From: Oikopleura dioica
Taxonomy: Eukaryota > Animalia > Chordata
Direction of reading: 5' to 3'
Length of the DNA stretch: 64,000 nt
Assembly: GCA_907165135.1 (NCBI GenBank)
Contig: OU015568.1
Span: 6,944,001 to 7,008,000, forward strand
The translations under genes were made by a program, and so were the position numbers. Each line of letters begins with the position of its first letter. The stretch's first letter is position 1. The notes beneath the pieces are model-generated. The model was given only the letters and a program-made list of their open reading frames with translations. It ran no database searches and had not been told where the DNA came from. Of this stretch, positions 1 through 10,000 are shown piece after piece.

Positions 1-869
1 CGCTGATACTGAGAAGAAACTAAAGCCATATCAAGTGCGGTTCTGTTGATAGCTCCTATCGCAAGTTCTAGTGGTGACATAACATCTCCTGGCGTCATTT
101 CACACGTGCGAAATTTTCGCTTGTCCACTTTTAGGATACACGTTGTTGATAAAAAAGAAGCTTTGGCTTTGGGTTAAGCCTCTTTTGAGCAGAGAAAATG
201 GGGAAGAGTCAAGAGGATTATCCGTTATCAATTCAAAATTTGAATTCTTCCAGAATCAACAGTCCAGAAGATGGCGCAGTTTTGTCGACCAATCAGATCA
301 TTTCAAAGGCTTTTTTGACGACACAGCCTTTCTAGCCTTCTTATTGGTCGATTTAACGGTTCGACGAATCAAAAGAAGGCCGCTTTGTATTAAGTCTTTT
401 GCTTACGTAAGAAACACGTGTCATCAAAGTACTATTACTTGAAACTTGAAAAAGCGTCAATTTGAAGTCGACTAAAACATCAAAAAGTTCACGGGTGAGT
501 TTAAACAGGGCGTTAGAAGAAGAGTTGTTTTGATTGACTAATTGAATGAAGGGATTGCGGAGGGCGAAGGCGTCAGCTTCGTTAACCACTGGTCGGCGGT
601 TAGTATTACTGAATTATGCGCAAGTGGGGGTTCATCGCGCTCCAAAACGTTCGATCGCGGCGACGCTTTCCAATCCAGCTTCAAACCCAAAGGCGCGCCC
701 GCAACACAGTCGACTGAGGACGCTCAGCCGGATGGGATTTCGGCATTTTAAAACGTTCACAACCAAAGCTTTCATCCCGAAGAGGATATTAAATCAAACG
801 TTTCATAAACTCATCCTTGGGGCTATTCTCCAAAAAGCTTCAAAAAAAAGCTCCAAAAAGATTTCCTTC

Positions 870-3482
870 AATGAATCTTCTCTAGAACAGAATTGTTTGT
901 TTTACTTTCTTTAGGAAGTTTACTTTTTACAATCCCCTTTTATTTTATCAGTAAAAAGAAATCGACATTATTTTTAAAGTAAACAATTTTGTTCTAGAAA
1001 TTAATACTGCGCAAAATTTACAATTGAAAAGCGCCATCATGCGGAGAATTTTCTCGCAATATGATTGGTCGATGAAAATAGAGCCATCTAGCGTCCGAAT
1101 GGCTCTTATTTTTGATTGGGTTGCGGAAAATATTCAAAATGAAAATCTTAGCTAGCAATAATCATTTTTCTTGCGGTCTTCATAGCTCCCGGGACCTAAA
1201 CAAGATTTCGTGGGCAAGCCTTTGACCCAACTATCCCAGAGTGAACACCTCGAGTCGATCGCGTTGAAAAAGCCGCAGTCGCTTGAAACCGACCGTAACT
1301 ATTCATCATTTTGCGGGTTTTCGATCATAAGTGGACTATTGAAAAACGTGCACGGAAATCAACGAAGCAAAATTTTCTCTAAAATGAAGGGTTCTTTCTG
1401 AATAAATTGCTTCAAAGAGCATTTTCGCCTTACCCAGAGCGAGCACTGAAGGGTCCCTCGCTCAAATTGCCGAAAGAGGCGAACGTTTATGCCAAAAACA
1501 AAAATTATTCCATTCTCGTTCATCTGCGGATGTCGCCAGCTGCGCCCAATTGGATAAGCTTGCTCGAGCCTCACTAGAAATATTTGCATGCGGGGGCGAA
1601 ACGTGAAACTAATTTTTAAATACCCTCTGTTTGGTGAAAATATTTACCGAGTTAATGAAGTTATCTCGGCATTGAGTAATCAACTGCTCAAATCGTTGAT
1701 TCGTAGTTGAACCGAAATTCTAGTGCCCACAAGCCAATCAAAATAAGAGCAATTCATACGCTAGGTGGCTCTGTTTTGATTAACCAATCATATTGCAAGA
1801 AAATTCGTCGCTTGGTGGCGTTTTTTAAATATAATTTTTGGCGTTCTAGTGATTTCTTGAATAAAATTGTTTACTTTAAAAATAAAATTGATTTCTTTTT
1901 ACTGATAAAATAAAAGATGGCACTCGATGTACCGCATCTGCGGATGTACCGCATCGACGGATGTACCGCATCGGCGGATGTACCGCGCTTGCGGTAGGTC
2001 AGCCGATGCGGTACATCGGCCAATGCGGTACATCGATCGCTTTTTTGCAAAAATGCGGTACGTCGATCGTTTTTTGCCGAAATATTTCTAGAACGAGTTT
2101 TTTGGCTAGTGAGGATGCGGTACGTCGAGCGTTTTCACTCATAATGCGGTACATCGATCGTTTTTTTGTGAAAATGCGGTACATCGGTCGCTTTTCGCCT
2201 TCAAAAAGTGATAAAAGCTTTCGACTCTTAGTTATGAATTCCTGGTCGACCCCCTGTCAGCCGACGATTACGGCCCAAAATTTTAAAGCTGTAAAGAAAC
2301 TTTTGAAGACTGAAACAAAATGATCATCTAAGGTCATTTCTTGTTCAGATATATTTCTATTATAAGTCCTTTATATTCAATTTATCGTTCTTGAGGATCT
2401 CTCCAAGATAAATTCTATCTGCTGACTAATTGACGAATCTTGAGGAAAGCTCGACAAAAATGTAAAACGACGTTCAGGAAACCGAGTATATGAGCAATAA
2501 TAATATTAACAATGTTTTTTTAGGTTGACCCTGACTTTGTCCCAACCGTATTCAAAATCCTTATGTGGTAGCTGGGCTGCCGTAGCATCTATACATTTTC
2601 TGAAAGACTAGACTCTACTGCGTTGCCTCGACTGGGTATTGTGACCTTGACGAAGTCATATGACCGGGTGTAGGGCGGCCACGTTCGCAATTTGCGAACG
2701 CCGTTCGTAATTTTGCGAACGCCGTTCGCAATAAAATTATTATTGATTATAAGGGGTTAGCTGATGCTCTGAGGCAAATTAAGGGGGGTCGAAAAACCCG
2801 AGGGTCAACCAAAAAAAGAGTTTTATTAGTAGATTCTGTCTTATATTTTATAAGATAGCGTCTTGGCAAATAAGTACAGACTGTACTGTACAGTGGGTTG
2901 CGCAGGTAGTGCACCCTTTGTGATTGCGGCATTGGTGCACCCTTCGCCCGCACGCTTTACGCTTTATTTTTATCGCTACTACCAAAGCTATTTCTGAAGA
3001 AGAAATGTCCGATGATGATCATTTTTGTAGTCGAATATTTCACTTTTCAAAAGTTTCTTTACAGCTTTAAAATTTTGGGCCGTAATCTTCAGCTGACAGG
3101 GGGTCGACCAGGAATTCATAACTAAGAGTCGAAAGCTTTTATCACTTTTTGAAGGCGAAAAGCGACCGATGTACCGCATTTTCACAAAAAAACGATCGAT
3201 GTACCGCATCCTCACTAGCCAAAAAGCCCGTTCTAGAAATATTTCGGCAAAAAACGATCGACGTACCGCATTTTTGCAAAAAAGCGATCGATGTACCGCA
3301 TTGGCCGATGTACCGCATCGGCCGAGCTACCGCAAGCGCGGTACATCCGCCGATGCGGTACATCCGTCGATGCGGTACATCCGCAGATGCGGTACATCGA
3401 TTGTCACCAAAATAAAAGGGGATTGTAAAAAGAAAATTTCAAATTCTTAAAAAATAAACAATTTTGTTCTAGAAAGATTCTA
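870..3482. mobile_element. Older foldback/MITE-like element with long imperfect terminal inverted repeats, right arm interrupted by a younger element
   Basis: ~870-1125 is the reverse complement of ~1725-1915 plus 3409-~3482. For example, left-arm TTTTATTTTATCAGTAAAAAGAAATC..TTATTTTTAAAGTAAACAATTTT..ATGATTGG..GAGCCA.CTAGCGT..GAAT.GCTCTTATTTT is found inverted. No transposase ORF. Confidence 0.7.
1916..3408. mobile_element. Non-autonomous Mutator/Foldback-like DNA transposon with ~435-bp TIRs rich in GATGTACCGCATC subrepeats and a 9-bp TSD
   Basis: 1916-~2352 and ~2990-3408 are inverted copies; the left arm has one extra subrepeat. The direct repeat AAAATAAAA flanks the element at 1907-1915 and 3409-3417. 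Termini are G...C. Confidence 0.85.
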
Positions 3483-5239
3483 GCGCCAAAATTCCAGAAA
3501 AAAAAGAATTTAAAAAACTAAGAGATATCATTTTGTTATTATTTGAGTTACGAATCGAGCGCTAGAAAACATCTCTTAGGAATTCGTGACTTTGACAAAT
3601 AATTTCCAAAAGCTTCGAATGGAGCGCTTCTTTTTGATGTTCGAGAAATTCCGGAATTGTAAAATTCTGTGCTATTGTGGATTCTGGCGAAATTCCGGCT
3701 CACCAACGTTGCCCAGCTCTCAAAAAGGGGTTCAGTCTTTCGGAAGTGACGCTGGATACGCAGAGATGTGGCGAGCACTTTGTATTCACCAGACACATTA
3801 TTACTAATAAGCATGAGTATACTCACTTTTCCGGAGAAAAAGAGCTTCAAAATAAGAAAACTAGTGATTTCTGGCTACGTTTTTCGATAAAAAGTAACAT
3901 CAAAATAAAACCGCGTTTGAAGTCATAATGAATTAATGAATTCAGGGCGTGTTCTTATCATTCAAAAGGGCACTTATCAGCAGTTCCATTTTGAGTACAG
4001 CCAGCAAGTACGTCTTCAAATCGCGAAGAGCTACTAGTCTTATCCAATCCTTGATAAGTATCTACCGCGATGATGCTTCTCATGCTGATGCTATCACTAA
4101 TAGCCTATTAGTAATATTGGGAGAGCGAAAAATGACGATTTTTTTTCGCATTTATTTACTAATTTTTATTTCACACATCCAAAAAAATACGTTCTTGATT
4201 CATTTCATCGTTGATCCAAATCTTCAAGCGGTAATTGATATTCTTGTTTCATTTTATTAGTAAATTTTTGAGTCATAAATTATGACATCGAGGCTGACAG
4301 AAAGTCCTTAAATTTACAGCTCGATCCAAAAGAGGGCGCTACGTACAGAGGGCTCCACAAGTGTCCATTCCCATCTGCTTCAGAGAAACTAGTCCAGAAG
4401 GACTTGAAAGATTGCTATCAGAATCTCGATCGAACCACAGTGTCACATCGTCTCCGAAAAATCCTTGCTTGAAACGTGAAGACTGCGAAAAATTAAGTTA
4501 TCTCCCTCAAAGCTTTTATCTAGCAGATAACATCACCCCCTTTTAAAATATTTTACATCACGCGGTCTCTCGGGCCCCCTGCCATTTGACCTGAAAGGTA
4601 AACTTTTCTTTCTGATAATTTCGATTTTCGATAAAGTTATGGAAAAAGTGTCACTTTGCAGCGTGATCATCTTGAAAAAATTGCCACCCGCTACCGAAAA
4701 TGAACATTTTTTGATAAACAAAAGTATAGAAGCCACTCTCCTCTTTCATGCCTCTTGAAAACCACCATGTTCCGACAAAAGAAAATCAGCAATTTTTATT
4801 AGAGCATCTTTCTGAAGCATTTCCGCGGTTCCCAGTGGTAGACCAAGCGGTATTCGAAAAGCCGTGCTACCACGGGTCCAATATCGCGCTGCCCGAAATA
4901 TTCGCCTTTTGGTTTTCCGGACTTGGTTCCTCCTTTTTCTTCCTTTTACAGAAACAGAAATTTCCCTAAGTAACAATTTCTTTCAGAACCGTCTCGTCGG
5001 TCGATGAAGATTTGGAGCTAATCAACTCTTCGCCTCGACCAAAAGGTGAGGATGAACTCGAAATTCTTTGTCAAATTGAGCTGACAACTGGCTTAGAACC
5101 ACATGCTAACATTATAATTACTGTTCGATCGCCACAAATATGATAACAAAACGCTAATGCCTTGGTTTACCGGCTTACATGATCTGTGGTTATTTTAATA
5201 CGTAGTTTTGCTGGCTTTTTCGATGATGTGACATCAAAA

Positions 5240-5345
5240 TCAAGCCCCTTAAATTCAAAAATCAAGGGACGGGGCTGAGACGGCCCGAAGGGCCGTCAAG
5301 CCCCTTTAATTCAAAAATCAAGGGACGGGGCTGAGACGGCCCGAG
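5240..5345. repeat. Tandem pair of a 56-bp GC-rich hairpin repeat (GGGGCTGAGACGGCCC-GAA-GGGCCGTCAAGCCCC); related copies at ~32990-33072
   Basis: TCAAGCCCC at 5240 and 5296; the same flanks and stem recur at 33005-33038. Confidence 0.75.
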
Positions 5346-6619
5346 ACGAATTTTAATTGTTCTTCCAGTAGTTGGTCTTACACTTGAAGAGTCCTCCAAG
5401 GCGTGTCCGGGAGGTGTGAAAAATCCGGGAAAATTTTGAATGATTATATCGAAGAAATAAGGCTTATTCATCTTGCTTGATATCCAAAGATTTCTTCCAC
5501 GAGTACTGGTCTTCCAGCAAAAGGTCCTCCGCCATATGAATTCCAGATTTTAAAAGTTTTGGTCGATCACGAGTCATCCTGACCGATGGCAATAGTTTTG
5601 AAGGTGGATTCTAGGGTAACAAAGCACGCTCTTTCCAGTGAAGCTATTCGTTCAGGCTGATCAGCTTACAAGTAATGCAATTTTTTCAAAAAACTGCCCT
5701 TAAATGTGTTTTTGTTGTATTTTTGCTGACCACGTGACCTAAAAAATTATATTTTTGTATTTTTGAATCAGCTTTATCCAAGGAACAATAAAATGGGAAG
5801 AATTCTAGTTTATCTCGTTTATAAAAATAACGTGTCGTCACCTAATGATGTCGATGATGTCTTTTATTCTTTCAAAATAGACATTTGACATGTGACATGT
5901 TCGTTTTCCAAAAACCAATGAATTTTCCATCACCAAAGGAAAGAAGAAAGTGAGTTCCGGAATCTGGGCAGCTTCGTGTGCTGATTTTCGCTCACTTAGT
6001 TTAGAAACTGGTCGACCGCTGACTCAATGGTACTCAATTGCCTAAGTCAATTCCGTCGCTGCTGCTTTTTGAGAGTTTCCACACTGAGCGGAAGGCGACT
6101 CTTACTGCGTGCTCTTCCAAAACCGAGCTCATATTTTGATTATCGTTTTAAAGCTCGAATAAAAAGAGCTTAATTGTGGTAAGAAAGAAATTTTCGCAAT
6201 CGACGAAAGTTAAGATTTTAGAAATTTTCGAAGAGTTATTGAAATTTCACGCTGCTCTAGAAAGCAGCGTCTGAGGTAGCTTTTCGCACGATTTTCGTGA
6301 AAAGTGCTCGTTGTGGTCGTCGCTTTCACGCTAAAAGCCCCGGATCATCTACCCGCCGCGTATGAGTACGGCGGCGCGAGTTAGAGTGCTAATTGCACAA
6401 AAGTTATTATTCCCAGAAAATTGTGCACACAACTCACAAGGGCTTGCTCTAACGTGCCTCTCTTCTGACGTAAACACTTTTCACTTTAATTAAACCTTGG
6501 CACGAAGCGGAGACAGGTTCCCAGAAGCTGCTACTTTCTACCAGCAGACGTTTCTTTCTACTAGTCATTAGTACTTCACGGAGATTCTTTAATTTAGAAA
6601 TTTTTCTCAGATTCGTTTC

Positions 6620-6673
6620 TATACTAATATATATATAATATATATATATAATATTATATAATATATATAATTA

Positions 6674-6704
<31 letters not shown>

Positions 6705-6745
6705 TATATCATATATAATATAACATAATATAATATAATATAATA
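6620..6745. repeat. AT-only low-complexity (TA)n/(TAATA)n tract
   Basis: Directly visible run of TA and TAATA units. Confidence 0.9.
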
Positions 6746-7033
6746 AGGGTTTTATTAAATAAAAATATATTTTGTTGAGCGAAATTATCTCATTTATACG
6801 GACGTCTACATTTTCGTGAAAGCTCATTATTTTAGACTTTTAGATTTTTTAATAAAAAAGAACCTTGTCAAAAAGCAGATGCTCTGAAACTCGCCAAGCG
6901 AGCGAGGTGAATTTTTATTATGCCAAATGCGTGCTTCTCAAAAGTAATCTGCCCTTGTTGAATTTTTGCTTTGGCAAATTTTGTTTCCCAGAAGTGTTTC
7001 TTAGAGACTTTGTTTCACGTTGTTCTTGTTCAG

Positions 7034-10000
7034 GTCTGGTGAATTATGGAGAGGAAACAACGGGAGATGGATTCGACGATGACGAAAGTCCTTCTGAATT
7101 TCTCAATCGACTGATGAGTAAGTACCGCTTTTCAAGTTATTCAAGGCACACTAAATTTTCGCGATACATAAACTCTTGTCCACGGAGACATCTCGACAAA
7201 CGCGATTATGACCTCAAAGCACATCCGTCTTATACTAGTACTCTGTTGCTGTTAGAAACTCAGTCAATCAAAGAAGCTTCCGGCTTTTCGAAAAATCGTC
7301 CGGAACGAAAGCCTTCCGCGTGAGAGGGCTCGGAGGAGGACGGGGAGGAAGCCAGCGTAACTTTTATTATGACGCGATGAAACATAACAGCACCCCAAGA
7401 ACGGAAATTGGGGGTACTACCGGCATCCCCACTTTTCCATCCCGTCTAGTCGTAAGAAGGAGAAATTTCTAAAGAAGATAAACTCCTTGAACTTTGCGAA
7501 GCGAGGGGTTATCGTCTGACCCGAAGATAGACTCAGGCATCCTGTGTAAAACCTGAGTCAGGGTCTTATAGATCTCTAGTGAAAGGCCGCGTAGCGGCTT
7601 TTTTTTAAAAAGAAGCCGCGAAGCTTAAATCTGTGATTATAATCTTTGCGGCTTCGTTAAAAAAGCCGCTACGCGGCTTTTCACTAGAGATTTCTAAGAC
7701 TCTGACTCAGAATTTTTGCAAAAGATGCAGAGCCTAGCCCTTCTACTACTGAACGATCTTTCGAGTTTCCATCAATTATGGAACCACAAAATGTCGAGCC
7801 TCCAAAATTTTTGGAACACCGATGTCGATTTCTAGCGCAAAATTAACTGGACAGTATCTTAAATGGTACAATTCGATGTTGCCAACCACAGAGACATTGG
7901 TAGTTTTTAAGCTACGTGCGCGAAATCGAGCAAATTTCACGATATTTGATCCTTTCCGAACCTGAATTAGGAGTGCTTTCTTTTGGCAGGTGGAATATGC
8001 TTGCCGTGGTTTTTGGCTCTTGTTACTCAAGATAGTAACCAGAGGCATAAAAAGAGGGGCGATAAGCAGTTGAACTTTTCAGAGGGTTACGACAAGCGGA
8101 TACGACCTTACGACAAGCACGCGCGATTGAATGTATCCCTCAATATCTACGTCTCTTCATTTGACTCACTGTAACAGGGTCAGACTGTACAGTCAACGAG
8201 CCGATAATTTTAATGGGAGAAGAAATGATTGAAGGTTGAGCAGGCTCGTTTACGGCCGCAAAAGGAAAATCATGCCGGAAAAGTTTCCTGGAGTCAGAGT
8301 GGCACTGCGGTGGACCCAGTTCCGTTCACGGCCAAACACGTGGAGAGCTCATTAGCCAGTCGAGACTCCCGGAAATGGCGCGCGTAATCGCACGTAATCG
8401 TACAGTGCTCGACTTTGACCAGGAAACTTGATTTTATAGCCGAAGTCAACTTCAAATTCGAGCTCGTTTTTCACTAATTGCTCCCTTAGTACACGTTTCT
8501 ACTGTCATAATTAGCTCTAAAGTACTGTAGCAACATCATGAAATGCGGAAAAGCTGCAGCCATGACATGTTTCGGACCTAGTAATTGACCCGTCAAATGA
8601 CATGACAAGTTGATAGCCACAGTCGAAAAAATTCGTACTTGAAAGTCGAAAATAACTCGTGTCGCATGAAAAATTGCTGATCATTTTTCTACCCCGAGAT
8701 ATTTTGCTCAATCTGACCCTGAAAGATAGCAAGAGACCAGTATGGACTATCGGATCACATTCTTCCTGCGAATGAAATGGAATGACGAGCGATTGCGGTT
8801 CAAAGAAATGGGAAGTCCACTCACAATGCTCACCGGTAAAACCCACACCTCCTCTTCTTTCTCATCCCTTTAGTGTCGCCAGAAGTGCTCCATAACATCT
8901 GGAAGCCAGACATTTTCTTTTCAAACGAAAAGCAAGCGAATTTTCACTCAATAACGGCGGAAAACAAACTTTTACGAATCGACCACGAAGGTAGTAAAGA
9001 TTTATTTCCAAAGCAGTTCCGTCTACCTAGGGTTATCCAATCCATGTTATTTTCAAACAGGGCGGAATCTAAATCTCTAAAAAACTCAAACATAATTCAA
9101 TCGTCAACACCCTTAAAACGACATCTTAGGAGATGTTTATGTCTCAATGCGGCTATCAGCAACGCTAGCTTCTGGGCTCGCCAACCTGAGTAGAAAACCT
9201 GAGTCAGGGTCTGAAAGATCTAAAATGAAAAGCCGGCTTTTTAAAATCGAAGCCGCGAAGCGGCTTTATCAAAACTAGAAATGAGATCAAAATAGAATCT
9301 TGGCGAAGCCGCTATGCGGCTTCGTTTTGAAAAAAGCCGCTACGCGGCTTTTCATGAAAGATTTTTCAGGCCCTGACTCAGGTTTCCTACACAGGTTGCT
9401 GAACTCTGGTTAGCCTGTCACATGCGACTAGAGCGATTCCCGATGGACGTCCAGGTAGGGTGAAATTGATCAAATCATGTGAAATCGTAAAAATATTACT
9501 TGGCGGCTTTGAATATTTTTGAATTTTTCAGGTGTGCAATATTCAAATCGAATCTTTTGGGTACGACATGAGTGATCTGTACTTTACATGGTCGAAGTTG
9601 GCGGCAGTGGGTAAGTAACATGCGATGAGCGTATGTAATATTGTTTATGATGACCATTGGTCGATTTTAGAACTATCAAAGCGAATCGAGCTGCCCCAAT
9701 TTGTGTTGAAGGTATGTGTTAAAAAATTACGCTCACATTTGAGGCCTCATTTACCCTTCGTTACGGGCGCTTCTTAGGGGTATCGCACCGCAAACTGCAT
9801 GAAGATTTACGACACTGGCAACTTTACCTGCATCGAGGCGCGTTTCATCCTCGCTCGTCAAATGGGCTACTACATGATAGAGGTACTAGCAAGGATCATT
9901 TTCTCTAATGCGGAAATTGATGCTTATCCACTCAGACCAATAGAGGGTCCAATCTACCTCTGAAGGCGGCTGAGCCAGACTCTATTTTTTATCTTATCTT

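Noticed and set aside
143-914. Several short ORFs at the window start
   Set aside because: No recognisable domain or consistent exon chain on either strand.
2513-2820. Possible third nested element (TTTTT.GGTTGACCCT / AGGGTCAACCAAAAAAA)
   Set aside because: Only ~16-20 bp of inverted match and no TSD; insufficient.
1961-3450. ORFs of 60-120 aa with MRYI/DVPH repeats
   Set aside because: Translations of TIR subrepeats, mirrored on both strands; no transposase motifs.
3700-6130. Exon-like fragments on both strands (e.g. RVLIIQKGTYQQFHFEYSQQ; TVSSVDEDLELINSSPRPK; ..KKSLDIKQDE*)
   Set aside because: Probably real orphan genes, but I could not assemble or identify them with confidence.
8172-8181. 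1-nt micro-exon (GTAACAG-G-GT) as a fix for the GlyR intron 2 phase problem
   Set aside because: It would need a 7-nt intron, far below any spliceosomal minimum.
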